DNA of 63,533 nucleotides, the filler included, from Welwitschia mirabilis (lineage: Eukaryota), in the NCBI GenBank assembly GCA_051453625.1. It is 7 parts of one record of this genome, joined end to end, with 100 filler letters (N's around TTAATTAATTAA, not from the genome) between each part and the next. Parts side by side here need not be neighbours in the genome. Positions count along the whole stretch, not along the records: positions 1 to 20,810 come from JBOZIK010000001.1; 6 more parts are not named here. The stretch is one strand, 5' to 3'. Below the pieces are notes generated by a model. It had not been told where the DNA came from. It was given only the letters and a program-made list of their open reading frames with translations, and ran no database searches. The translations under genes were made by a program, and so were the position numbers. Shown here piece after piece: positions 1 through 13,542 of this stretch (position 1 is the stretch's first letter; each line of letters opens with the position of its first letter).

Positions 1-199
1 AAAAATTATTGAGAGTCAAGAATAAAATCATGGAAATGTGCAAATACCAATACATTTGAAGGAATTTTGGACTAATTTTGATACTTTACATTTTAATGAG
101 AAATTAATGAGCTTCAATGCTAATTTAACTTTAATAAAGAGCTTTAAGAAGGATATTGTCCCCTCCATTATCTAGACAATAGTATAGGACAACAACACC

Positions 200-2538
200 T
201 ATAAGCTGATTAGGATGTTGACTAGACCAAAATGCATGTTAATATAGATTTTGTTTGACATGGCATCATCCCCACCATTATTCAAATGATAACCAGGATG
301 ACATCTAAAAATAGTCAATGTATCAAACTTCACTAAATTATGTAATATGTCATGTGCTTCCTTTGTGTTCATTAGGGGTTTACTGGGTTTCTTAGATTTG
401 CTATTTTTGAGTTTGTTATTGTGAATAAATACTTCCTTCACCTTTGACTTTGATCATATTCATTGCACTAAAAATTCTCATGACAGGAGATTAAAGGGCT
501 AGAGGTCCATTCGTTAGTTACAAAGAGGAGTCTTCCTTGGTGTTGGGCTGTGTCTCTTTCTTTGAGGTATTACTACTTTGTAATAGGATGTTGATTTGAG
601 AAATAATGAGAATTTTCTCTTAGTTTATATATTCATGAGAATGTCCCTTATGGTTTATGTTAGTTATGATTTCTTGAAAGTTTATAATTAATATAGATCA
701 TGAAGGGCAACCTTTCTCAAGGTTGAAAATGTTAGTTTAGGATTTACATTGCATTTTATATTTCATAGATTAAATCATTACATGTTTTTGTATTCTATTT
801 AATGCACTTGATAGCTTAGGTTCATTAGAATTAGTGATAGTTTCCTTAATTGATCTAGGTTATGCAAGGCTAGTCTTGATGAGAAAGATTTGGTAATTGA
901 ATAGATATTTCATTTAGAGTAGATTGCATTTGTATTTGATAGTGTGTTTAATTTTCTTACATTGCACTTTTTATTTTATTGAACCTAAAAGAAAAATCTA
1001 AAAATACTTTGTGAAAATCAATTCGCTTTCTTCTCATCTAGTACCTTTGATGAGTTATGACATTTAGGTTCACTACTATCTANNNNNNNNNNTTATGTTT
1101 GTGCATATATTTGTGATTGATAGGATTTGATAAAGGATGTAACATTTGCATAAATGTGCACTATAACATCTTGGTACCATTATTCAGAAAGGCTGTAAGG
1201 AGTTCAAGGATTATTGTTACTTAAATAAATGCTTTGTATTTTGATTCAGATATTTGTTTGTGGTAATATGTAGTATTTTTACTATAAATATCATAGTTTT
1301 TCATGTCATGTCTTTTCATGTTTTTTTTTTTATTTTTAATTTTGCATTTTTTGAGCCTATTGTCCTCTCTATTGCCTAGATGATACAACAGATGNNNNNN
1401 NNNNNNNNNNNNNNNNNNNNNNNNNNNNNNNNNNNNNNNNNNNNNNNNNNNNNNNNNNNNNNNNNNNNNNNNNNNNNNNNNNNNNNNNNNNNNNNNNNNN
1501 NNNNNNNNNNNNNNNNNNNNNNNNNNNNNNNNNNNNNNNNNNNNNNNNNNNNNNNNNNNNNNNNNNNNNNNNNNNNNNNNNNNNNNNNNNNNNNNNNNNN
1601 NNNNNNNNNNNNNNNNNNNNNNNNNNNNNNNNNNNNNNNNNNNNNNNNNNNNNNNNNNNNNNNNNNNNNNNNNNNNNNNNNNNNNNNNNNNNNNNNNNNN
1701 NNNNNNNNNNNNNNNNNNNNNNNNNNNNNNNNNNNNNNNNNNNNNNNNNNNNNNNNNNNNNNNNNNNNNNNNNNNNNNNNNNNNNNNNNNNNNNNNNNNN
1801 NNNNNNNNNNNNNNNNNNNNNNNNNNNNNNNNNNNNNNNNNNNNNNNNNNNNNNNNNNNNNNNNNNNNNNNNNNNNNNNNNNNNNNNNNNNNNNNNNNNN
1901 NNNNNNNNNNNNNNNNNNNNNNNNNNNNNNNNNNNNNNNNNNNNNNNNNNNNNNNGTTTCTATTCTAGTTTTTAGTAATTCTATTTTCATTTTTTTTTTA
2001 GTTTTCTATTTTTTAGTTATTTAGGATGTAATCCAGATGGATGAGTGAGACAACCAATAAGTAGATATTTTGCTGAGCATGCAAGAATGTAATAAAGATC
2101 TATAAAAAACTAAAATATCAGAGGGAATGATTCTTTATTAAGAAAAATATCAAAAACGATTTACTCAATGAAAAATGAAACTCAAGTATACTCACCCCAG
2201 GTACATAATTTCGAAGATTTGAAGAAAATTTTTCTACTCTTGTATTATTAGAACAAAATTTTTCAAAAAGTAGTTGAAAATAATAAAATAAAAGAAAAAT
2301 CATTTTGTCCTCTTCTTCATTAACAAGTAGTATTGCTTAATAAAAATCATGATAAAACCCTCTAATCCAAATGTGAACATTACCATTAGAGAGTTAATTA
2401 CTAGAAGGAAAAGTGAAAAACAAAAATCTTTTAAATTATCTTCTAGTGATGATCTAGAAACTAGAAATGAGAATTCTTCTTATTCATTCTTTTCATCCAC
2501 TTCTAAGAATAATGATAAGAGACCACTTCATGAAATAT
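200..2538 (+). mobile_element. Athila-like Gypsy LTR (3' part), PBS and 5' internal region, copy 1
   Basis: Colinear similarity to 5244-7010 (e.g. 'ctactttgtaataggat', 'tttagagtagattgcatttg', 'aagaataatgataagagaccacttcatgaaatatt'). The putative LTR ends ...taaca at 1168. It is followed by ttggtaccattattcagaa, read as a heavily decayed form of the Athila tRNA-Asp PBS (tggcgccgttgccgggga). Family assignment is inference. Confidence 0.55.
1171..1189 (+). promoter_or_regulatory. Degenerate primer-binding site (tRNA-Asp type)
   Basis: Lies 2 nt after a CA LTR-like end. Differences from the Athila consensus PBS are nearly all transitions. Confidence 0.4.
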
Positions 2539-2639
2539 TNNNNNNNNNNNNNNNNNNNNNNNNNNNNNNNNNNNNNNNNNNNNNNNNNNNNNNNNNNNNN
2601 NNNNNNNNNNNNNNNNNNNNNNNNNNNNNNNNNNNNNNN

Positions 2640-3770
2640 GACATTGTCTATTTTGCTATCTCTAAGAATCACATTATTTTATTTTCTTTAAAAATTTCAC
2701 ATTTTAATTTATCAAGAACTACCTTGTGATATTTGTTACAAATTTGACTAATGCTTAGTAAATTATGCTTTAAACCACTTATATACAAAACTTTATTAAT
2801 TCTAGTAATGCTACCTCTACCAATGCTTTTAATCCCTTTTATATTTTCTCTTCCATTGTCCTCAAATGTCACTTCTCCTCTATTAAAATGGCTCAGTTGC
2901 TTGAATCTAGATTTATCTTTTAACATATGCCTTAAGCATCTACTATCGAGATGCCACCTTCTGCTATTTGAAACTTTGAAAGATATCTAAATTAATAAAC
3001 TTTTAATATCATTAGATTTTACCCACATAGTCTTTCTGGACTTACGTGGTACACCTTCTTTAGGAATAAACTTAAATGGTAAAGTACTAACTGAGTTTTA
3101 AAATAGCATTAATTTTCTAGCATTGCATATGAGCTTTGAATGACCAATTATTCCACAAAAATAATAAGTAATTTTTGAAAGAAACTTATCATCACTGGTT
3201 TCCTAACTTTTCTTTTCTTGAGATTTTTCAAAGATGAAACCAATATTTCCCTTGCTTCTAATAGGTTTCTAAACTACAAGAATTTGTTCCAATGTGGTAG
3301 ACCCACTTGAAAATTTATTAACAAAATAAGATAATTCTTTTACCTATAAAGTGAGGTCAGATTTTTTGGATTTTAATCTTTTAAGGTTTGATTTCATTTC
3401 CTCCTTTTCCATGGTGAAGGATTTTATAACCTTATTCAGGTCATTTATCCTTGTAGCTAGCTTCTTACACTCTTGATATAGCTCTTGATAAGTGTCTTTC
3501 AAATCTTCTTGTTCTTCATTTCTCATATCATAATCCTCATGGACTAATGTGTTTGGCACATCCTGTAATAAAGGCATAAGTTTCATAAAGAGAATCTCCT
3601 TTTTTTACTATATTTTTAAATTTTTTTTTTATCTCTTTCACTTGATTCTTGAGAGTTTTCACTAGCTACAGACTGTTTAAAAAAAATAGCCATATGATAT
3701 CCAACATATGTAGATCAAAACACAAGTATTGAGGGAGGGCCTGCTTAAAAATTCATCATCTAGAAAGGCA
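2640..3770 (-). pseudogene. gag: Copia/Sirevirus gag-protease remnant with internal gag deletion
   Basis: Minus-strand translation gives WHLDSRCLRHM (decayed WYLDSGCSRHM protease site, ~2925-2960) and GLKHNLLSISQIC. A decayed zinc knuckle YYFCGIIGHSKLIC lies at ~3120-3170. EDLKDTYQELYQECKKLA matches the gag at 60316-61446 (EDVEDTCHKLYQECKRLA). Confidence 0.85.
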
Positions 3771-3826
3771 ATCATTAAGGGGTTCTAAGTCTAGGTCAGC
3801 TAAAATTTAAGAAAATGATTAACCTA

Positions 3827-3838
3827 CTCTAATACCAA
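3827..3838 (-). promoter_or_regulatory. PBS, tRNA-iMet type (degenerate)
   Basis: ctctaatacca reverse-complements to tggtattagag, versus the consensus tggtatcagagc. It abuts the LTR end. Confidence 0.75.
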
Positions 3839-3839
3839 A

Positions 3840-5243
3840 TGAAAGGATAAATAACCTTAGAAGTATTGGGGGGTAGGGGGTGGAGGGGTGTGTGTGAATA
3901 GATTCTTTCAAAAATTCAACAATTAATATAAAATTAATCTATTTGAAACACAACTTGCATGCAAAAATATATTATTCTAGGATGTGCACAATATGATAAG
4001 ATACTAAAAGTAAAGAATCAAAAACTAAAAGCACAAACTCCCAATTTAATGCAAGCTAGATTTATAGTGATTTGGAAAACTCCCCTACTTCACTCTTGAT
4101 GATCAACTTCTCCTAAGCTAGATCTTGGATCTCTGTTACTCCACTAGGTATTCTAGGTTTATCTATAATCTTTACAAATGGACTTTTCTAGGCTAAGTCT
4201 TAACCTTTAGAATGGACTTTTTAAGGCTTAGTCTTAACTTATAGAATGAAATTTTCAAGGCTTAGTCTCAACCTTTAGCAAATACGATAGTGATGTAGTG
4301 ATGCCTCAAAAACATAGATATTACTCTTTCTGTATTCAGTATAATAGATGGAGCTCTCCTCTTGTAGAAATATACCTAATGAAGCTTTGGATCTGACTTT
4401 CAATGAAATAGGTATGCCAGTGATAGATCTCCTCTAGTCAGAGATGTAGAAGCCAAGATACAACAATGCTAACAATGTCAATACATAGCTTTAATCTTTT
4501 AGATCCCAAAATGATTTAGCCAAATGAGAGTAGTTCCAAAAGATTAATTGATCATCTATGGGTTAGCTATTTATAATGGAAGGCTATCAGGGTTTAGTAC
4601 ATTTGAATTACACCTTCAATGGCTATAATCAGCTAGAAAATAGCTACCTAATAGCTAGGTAATAGATATATAAAATTTAAAAAAATTTCTTTGTTGCATT
4701 ATCTGGTCGATCACATAAAAATTCAGTCAACCCTATGTGGTATCATGAATTACATAGGTTACCTAAGAGAAATATATGTTCATCTCAGGTTTTTATATCT
4801 CCAAGTCTAATTGAAGCCATCTAGGTCTGGTAGACTCCAGTTTAGTCAACCTTATCTTGGGTCCGGTTGACCCCTTGTCTCTTAGTCTGTGAATACTGTC
4901 TGTCAGGTCATCAAATTCGGTCGACCCCATGAAAATCTAGTCGAGCCCTTTCCATTTAGTTCAAGGACTCTAGTTCTCTAAGTTACAAGTGTGATCAACC
5001 CCATCAAAATCTGGTTGATCCCTTTAGATGTAGTCCATTTTCTTTTAACAGCTTTAGGTGCGGTTGACCTTTTTAGGATTTAGTCGATCCCTTTAGAGAT
5101 TAAAATAATTAATCAGGTTTTTGTTGCACATTTTAGTTTTCTCTTTTAATGTGCAAAAATCTTAAACTCTTTTACACAAAATACATAAATTTGTTATACA
5201 TAAGACATTAGTTTGACATCAATTTGCAAAACATGATCCAATA
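3840..5243 (-). mobile_element. Sirevirus-type 5' LTR (~1.4 kb) inserted into the Athila-like LTR copy 2
   Basis: On the minus strand it starts tattggatcatgttttgcaaattgatgtcaaac, like the LTR start at 20706, and ends with a C-rich tract then ...tcctttca. It has many ggtcgacc/ggttgacc motifs (4700-5090) and ~33-bp tandem repeats (4160-4280). Athila-like LTR sequence resumes at 5244. Confidence 0.75.
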
Positions 5244-8200
5244 ATATGGACTTCTCTTAATGTGGCATCATGCCCACAATCATCTAAATGACATTCAAGA
5301 TGACATCTAAATTTATTCAATGTACTAGAGTCCATCAAACTTATGCAATGTATCAGGTTATTTCTACATGCCATTAGTATTTCTTATTCATCTATTAGAA
5401 TTATCTATTTTTAGATGTTTTATTATAATAAATACCTCCTTTACCCTTGACTTTAACTTTATTTTTATAACACCAAAAATTCTCATAATAGCAGATTGAA
5501 GGGTAGAAGATCCATTTGTTAGTTGTAGCAAGGAATATTCCTTAGTGTTGGGAAATGTCTCATTCATCAAGGTGCTACTACTTTGTAATAGGATTTTGGT
5601 TTGAATTTCGTGAAAATATTATTTGAGTTTAATATATATATGTGTACATACCTTATGGTTTATGTTGATTATGATTTCATAATAGTTTCATAATTGATAT
5701 AGGTCATGATCGACAAACTTATTGAGTTTAAAATCATTAGTTTATGATTTTAGGTTACATTTTTTATTTCATAGATTAAATCATTGTAGGTTTTCATATT
5801 CTATTTGATATACTTAATAGCATAGGTTGGTTAGCATTAGTGACAATTTTCTTAGTTGATCTAAGTTATATATGGATAATCTTGGTAATAGATAGATATT
5901 GCATTTAGAGTAGATTGCATTTGCATTTGCATAGTATATTTAATTTTCTTGCATTATGATTTTTTCTTTGTTAAACTTAAAAAGAAAAACATAAAAATAC
6001 ATTATAAAAATCAATTCTCTTTCTTCTTGTTTAGTGATTTTAATGAAATATGAATTGGGTTGACTCTTATCTAAATTAGTGTGTTGTATTTATACATATA
6101 TTTGTGATTAATAATATTTAACTAAGAATGTAAATGTTTGCATAAATACACACCAATTATTATTACTTAGATAAGTGCTTTCAATTTTGATTTAGGTATT
6201 TGTTTTCAATAGCATTATATTTTTCTTATAAATATCATATTTTTTCTTTTTGCATTTTCCTGTTAATTTTTTTTTTCATTTCATATCTTTCACACCTCTT
6301 GTCGTATCTGTTATTCAGATGATATAGGTCAATAATGGTCTAAGGTTAGGGTTTCTATTATTTTCCATAGTCCCCCCCACTATGTAATAAGTTAATATCA
6401 TCTCCATTGTCATTCAGACGACACAAAAAGATGACTAACAATGTGTTTCTATGTTGGGTTTTAACAATTTTTTTTCGGATTTTTTCATCATCCAAGATAT
6501 TGTTTAAATGACAACTGAGATAACAACTAGGCAAACATTTTTTCTGAGCATGTATAAATGTCATAAAATTTGATGAAAAGATGAAATATCTGAGAGAATA
6601 AAGCTTCATTTAAAATAATATCAGAAAAAGCTTATTCCATAATAAACAAAACTTAGGTATGCTCATCCCACATATGCAATTTCAAAAATTAAAAGAAAAC
6701 TTTTGTTCTTTTGGGATTTTAGAATTAAAATTTTCAAATAGTAGTAGTGAAAATAATAAAATAGGAGAAAAATCACTTCATTTCCTTCTTCACTAATAAG
6801 TAGCGTTGCTTAAAAAATGATAGAACCCTCTAATTAAAATGTGAATGTTACCATTGGAGAGTTAATTGATAGAAAGAGAAATGAAAAATAAAAATATCTT
6901 AACTTATGTTCTAATGATGATATAGAGCTCAAAATTGTAAAATCATTTTGTTCATCCTTTCCATTCACTTTTAAGAATAATGATAAGAGACCACTTCATG
7001 AAATATTAGCTAAAATGAGAGCTGAAAGAAGGAGAAATAATAGAATTTCTAACAAAAATAATAGAAATAGATCTCTTAGAGAAATTCTTACAGAAAGGAG
7101 ATGGGAAACTCCAAATAGTGATGAGACTAGGGATTAGGTTCCTTCCTCTTTTCAACCATCTTATTTTACCCATCCTTCTTTTTAAGATTTATACAAAAAT
7201 GATAATGATAATGTGCAATAGTTTAGAAAATCAACCTCATCTAGTAAAACATCATATAATCAATTTAGTAAATCCCTTTCTTCTCCCATGAGCTATTATG
7301 AAGAAAAAACATGTTCTATCAATTATTATGAAGAAGAAGATCTAGCACAAGCTATTATAAACAAAGAAATAACTATGTTTTAGAAATTCTTGATGAAAAT
7401 GAAAAAGAAGTAAGAAGATACCAGCAAGAAGATAGAAAATATAATTGAAATCCCTTAATAAAATTTATTAAAAATCAACAGTCTTAAGGTTCTTTTACAT
7501 AACAAACCTATCGTACTACATCCTACCTTAAGAAGAATGAAGAGTACTTAGAAATAAGCTATAGCAATTCTTGCTTTCAAACATAAGATGAAGTTATGAA
7601 TCAATAAGTAGAAGGAGATGGACAACAAAAAAATAATGATCTAAGTCTAATAAATGAAGATGACTATTTATCAAATGATGAGTTATGTTACAACTCCATT
7701 TTCTTCCTATTATAAAATCAAGATGAAATAAAAGAATTAATTCAAAAAAATCTAAATATTATTTTCATGATGAAGATAATGATTTCATTTCTCCTTATGA
7801 TAACAAATTGGAAAATAATGACATACAATATGATGATGAGAATGGTGAAGAAGAAGATGATGATGATATTGACATATTAGATCATATCCCTGGTCTTCAC
7901 TTACTTTGTAATAAGAATAGAGAAGTTCAACCTTTAACATAAGTCCAACATATGAGATGAAGGAAGAATTTATGTAATGAAATAAAATCAATACAGAATT
8001 CATATTATGAAAGAAGCATTTACCTTTATCATTTAAACGACAATTCGAGCTAATAGTGAGTAACAGTGCTTCAACAGTAAAAAATAAGGATTATAGTTTA
8101 GAATTCACAGAGTTATTCAATAGATTGGAAGAAGAGTCAACTCAAGAAATATTCTCATAATGAAATTAATAAGAACTTTTTTTAATGATCTTTTTATTGA

Positions 8201-10800
8201 TCTTTTTGATGAATCAACTAATTTGGAAAAAGATAATAATCCTTAATAAAATAATAATAACTATAATAAATAAGAGTAAGATATAGTCATTGATGATGAT
8301 AAAAATAATGAAAAAGAGGGAGATAATGATGAATTAAATAATAAAAAAGAGAGGAATAAAGAAGAACTAATTGAAAATCAAACAAACCTAATGGAGAGTA
8401 GACTTATGCCTTTTATTGAAACAATCCAACTTAAAGAGTCTATCCGTGCTTCTTCATATCTTGTACTTCCATGGAAAACCTTAAATAACATCCTTCCTTC
8501 TACTCCTACTTTTACATTATCTTGTTATCTTAACAATAATCATAATTCTCCCTCTTTCCCTTTTGATCATTGAAGTAATTCTCCAAATGATATTAATCTT
8601 GTTGATTTTAATGAAGTACATAACCTTAAGAACTTTATTTCTAAAATCTATCAATCATTTCCTCTTATAACTCCATGTAAAAGTTAAATTCGCATTATTT
8701 CATCTTTTATAAATTCACTTTACTTTGTTCTTTTAATTATTACTCTTTTCAAAAACAGGACTTTGGATATCTTGAAATTCTAAATTGGGGTAAATCTTAT
8801 CTACCTGATTCAAATCCATGCTTAGAATTGAACCTTAAGGAGCTTATTAAGTACATTAAACCTACCTTAGTTAATCATCTTAAGAAGTTTCTTCAAAATC
8901 CTTGAATCCAAAGTAGTGTCATTAATGTCTCCCATGTTCAATATCAAGCTTTGAATGAAATTTATGTTTCAAATTCTTTACATCACGAGTTTGATAAGAG
9001 ATTGTTTTTCCATGAGTTATATAAATTTTTTATGTCTTATAATGCTAATACATCTTGTGGAGACAAAATGTCCTTTGGTTATGTTAATTGAAAAAAGCCT
9101 TAATTCTTTAATGAAAATCTATATCTCAAGTTTAATAATAGCAAGATTTTTGATCTTGCTAGATATTCTGAAGAACCCTCCAAAATTTATTTAAAAACTT
9201 TTTTGCATGCTTTATCTAATGATCATCATGATTTGTGTCATTTAAATAAGAGATAATTCTTCAATAACATTTATTACTTTTTCATCTCTTATTTAAATTC
9301 TGAAATTTGTGCTATCAAATTTTTATCCTTTTATTATGTTTATGTTTAATTAATTTTACTAAAAGCTAATTATATACATTTTATCTTTTATCAATTGGTG
9401 AATATGTTATTTGGTTCTTATTTTTCTGAGAAAGTACAATATCCTATGACCATAGCCTTAGGTTAATGAATGTTTTATTTTCTTTTTAATAAAGTGTTAA
9501 ATAGGATTTAGGATTTAAATAAAATTTATTTTTAGTTTGTTTTGGTTTTTCCTTTGGTTTTTATGTTGTTATTTTATTTGTCTTTGGTTTTTATTAGTAA
9601 TAAATTAAGCTCTAAATGGTAAGGTCCTTATCTTTTAGAGAGAATACATATTTAATGGGTTAGTTATGATTTCTAATTTAAACACTAGAGAAATTCAACA
9701 AAAATGGATAAAGGTTATAAATCCATGAATTATCAAAAGATCTTGAGCATGATAAAAGCAATTGTTTTGAAAACTTTTCTTGCCATTGTCTAAATTCTTT
9801 CTTAGCTTATTCTTTTAGAAGACATCATGCTATCACTTAAACATCTTTAACTTGACTTATGTCTTACTTTATGAAATGACTAGTAATTTTTACTTGGGCA
9901 TTAAAGTGATAAGATTAGATTCATCTAATCTTAAAACATTTGAATATATATGAACTTTATTTTGAAGGAAGATGCTTTAGTTTTTTTTGTTTTCTCTCAA
10001 TGGTATGAGTCTTTGATCATTTAGGGATGTTCTTTTTTATCTCTCATCTCAATTCTTTACCTTTGTCTTTATGAGTGTATGGTCATGTGGAATTTAATTT
10101 GAAGAAGCATTATTATTAAAAAAAAAGGAATAATAACCATGATCTATTATTTTGGTGCTAAATATATGATCACCATGATATCCTACTGCACCAGGGTAAA
10201 NNNNNNNNNNNNNNNNNNNNNNNNNNNNNNNNNNNNNNNNNNNNNNNNNNNNNNNNNNNNNNNNNNNNNNNNNNNNNNNNNNNNNNNNNNNNNNNNNNNN
10301 GAATAATAACCATGATCTATTAATTTGGTGCTAAATATATGATCACCATGATATCCTACTGCAGTAGGGTAAATTTCCTCCAGAGGGATCTTTGACAGTG
10401 TTAGTATCTATGGGAACTTCATTAGGGGTTTAGTTGGTTATGCTTCGTGGATCCCTACTTCTCTCATGATGTTTCAATCCCTTCATCATGGATTAAAATA
10501 AAATATTTTGAGGCCATGAGATTAATGATTGGTGTCATCAGAGGAATTGCTTATTTCACTCATTGTGCTTAAGTATTCCCACATGGTTATGTTACTTTTG
10601 AGGATTCAGTTGTGTTTTAGGATGTTAATAGGTGAGTTCATTTCTAATAGCTTTTGATATTATCACTACTTATTTGAAAACATTAGTTACTTAGCATTGT
10701 CATAATCACTGCCCATTCGAGTGATACTTTATGAAGTTTTTACATTATGTCATGCATCACTAATTAGGTGATTTTATAATTTTTTCCATGAGGGTTTGCT
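5244..10800 (+). mobile_element. Athila-like element copy 2: LTR remnant, decayed internal ORF and 3' non-coding region
   Basis: 5244-7010 aligns with 240-2538, with the PBS segment deleted near 6155. 6500-9460 reads as a stop-riddled N/E/D/K-rich frame, and no RT or integrase motif was found. The right boundary is uncertain. Confidence 0.45.
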
Positions 10801-13542
10801 AGATTTGAATGTACGATAGGTACACAATTTTCTTCATATTCCTAAGTTGTCTATCTCCATTTTGATTTTCTTAGTTATTTTCTTTGGTATTTCAAAGTCA
10901 TTTTCGTACTTCAGCCTTTATTAGTTTTCTTGTTGACTTTTATTTTTATTTGCAGTTTTTCTTTATAAAAGTTAATTTTCTTTTAACCAACAATATCTCT
11001 TTTGTTTATGATAATAATTTTTCCTATTTGCTTTTATTCTCTTTTCAAGTTTAATTGTTTATTATTCTTTTTGAGTTTTGATGCATTCAATAATTGTGAG
11101 TTCATGGTAAATTTCAACATATTTCTTAGCTTGGTGCATTATAAAGTTACCCCTTTGATACTTTTCTTAAACCTTCATGATATTATTTGAGATTAATTTA
11201 TTTTGTTAATACTTTAATTTTTATTAATACTTTGAAAAACACTATCATCCACCATGTCATCTAATAATAAGGTAGACGATGCACAAATATTTACTAAGGT
11301 GCATCATCTTTATGTTTCATCTTTTTCTTGCATCTTTCTGACCCTATTTTTTAAATGTATAGAACACTACTCCTAGCCTCACTTATTTTTCTTATTTGTA
11401 TTTATCTCATGTTTCCATATTTTACACTAATGCAATAGCGGATGCATTGGTTATTCTACCATGAAGGCACTAGAAAAGATGGTCCCAAATGCCAATAATG
11501 AGGAATTACAAGAGAAATCTACATTTCAAGGATCAAAAGGCTTAATCATGATGGATTTTCCTATATGTAGTACAACTAATTGTGGACTTATAAAATAAGA
11601 CTCTTTTAGCCCAAAATAATGCCAGGTCAAAATATTCTTTAATTGATGTTAAATACAGATCCATCAATTGTAGTATTAGTGCACATGAGAACACACATTT
11701 GGATTGTGCTAAAATCTCAAGATCTTTTGATTTAAATATTTATAATTATGATGAAGGAAATCATTTTGGTGCTTTGTTTTTAGATACACAAGTTATGGAT
11801 ATTCCTATGCAATACATTTATAAGGAATATACACATGCTTTAGATTATGGAAATACTTGCTTTGACCAAGTTTTATTAGAAGGCAAGCAAAATGATGATA
11901 AAAGGTCCAAGAATGTAAACAGAAGAATGAGGAAGGGTGTACAGAGAATCAAGACACTAATGGTTGGGATGAAAGTTTGTTTCCTTTCTGTGTAAAAGGT
12001 ATGCTTATATGCATTCACATATAAATAAATCTCTTTTATACTCTAATAAATCTTATACTTCAATGTTCTTATTTTTTTATTAATAGAGTAACTATGGACA
12101 TAGATTTGCTTAGTTTAGACTATTAATTTACCATCATTGAGCTAAATAAGTTTGAAGTCTTTCAATCTATAGATACTATTGCTTTGAAGGTGACTCCATT
12201 TATTTTAAAAAATATTTTGCTTTATCCACTGCTTTTAACATGAAATTTCCTTAATCCTTTTATTTAATTTTGAAGTCATATAGGCTATTGTTGGTACATT
12301 GAATATAATTAATAGGGATCTAATTTGTTCTATGGACATTATAATGTGGTGGACATAAAGTTATGGCAAGTGATACAGCTGAATATGTTTTGAAGCCTCA
12401 CAATGCCAGAAGATGAATTGTAGCATTTAGCTTATGATGGATGATCAATATTTATTTTGAACATATTATGAACATGGTATTATTTATTTAACAACCTATT
12501 TGAAATTTTATTATCACATAGTGAAATATATTTTTGTGTAATTTATTTTGAGAGTATGGCAATGTGATAACATCCAAGGCTAGAATGCAATATTAAGCTT
12601 GTGTGGTTGATTTGCTATGTTGTATGAGACCCCTTTAGTATAATTGTATATGTAATTTATAAAAAAGTCCTATGAAGGCCCATGATTAGGGTATTGGAAC
12701 CCATTAAGGTTAACTAAAACTGGTCCTCTTGTTTAAGCTATTAATCTATCTCAATCGTAAAATCGTCTTCCTTGAAATAATGTCTGCACCATTCTTATCA
12801 ATGTCTTGTTTAGCATGCTGGTGTTGATTAACTACTTTAAATAGCTTATGTTAAACCATAGTTGGTAATGTTACATTAAAGTTTCCAATTAACATAGCCA
12901 GGCCATGACTATGTGGGAAGGGTTCTGCACTAGTAACATGTGAGCAAATTTTCTTATCAGCTTTGTGGGAGTTATCTGACAAATGAGATCTTTGCTTACT
13001 TTCATAACCAACACGTACTTGAATTGAAGAGAGGTGGAATTTGTCTTATTACTTGCCTTAAAGACTCTTGTGTTCTTAAGCCCAGTTCATAATTGATTTT
13101 TAATTACTCATTTATTGCAGTTCTGATTGATGTGCTTAATTTACTTACGCTCAAAGATCTAATTCAGTTAAGCTAAATGCCTACAATGTTTTGAATGATT
13201 ATGTGCTGAATTTTTACACAACTTGGTCTGTTTAAAAGTATGGATGACAGCTTCAGGAATAACTTAAACAGTGCTTCATATCTTCATTATGTTTTAGTTA
13301 ACTAAGCTATCATAAGTAATCTCTATATCCGTAGTGAAGTTATGTTATGATTTCATTATAGAGTTACATGCTTTTCTTATTCAGGCTTAGGTGTTAAGAG
13401 TTTTTGCCCCATTGGTAGCTCTGTTGCAAAGCTATCACATAACTTGGTAATGAGTTATGGTTTTCACTGATTGCTTTCATTGACTATTCTCACTTTTCCA
13501 ATTCATGAATCACTGTTAATAAATGATAGTTAAGAAAAGTAA

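Noticed and set aside
1376-2024. Long ORFs made mostly of X (also ~19.4-20.3, 26.2-26.9, 27.6-28.5, 34.1-34.9, 35.3-35.9, 48.9-49.6 and 57.0-57.8 kb)
   Set aside because: They are open only because N runs contain no stop codons.
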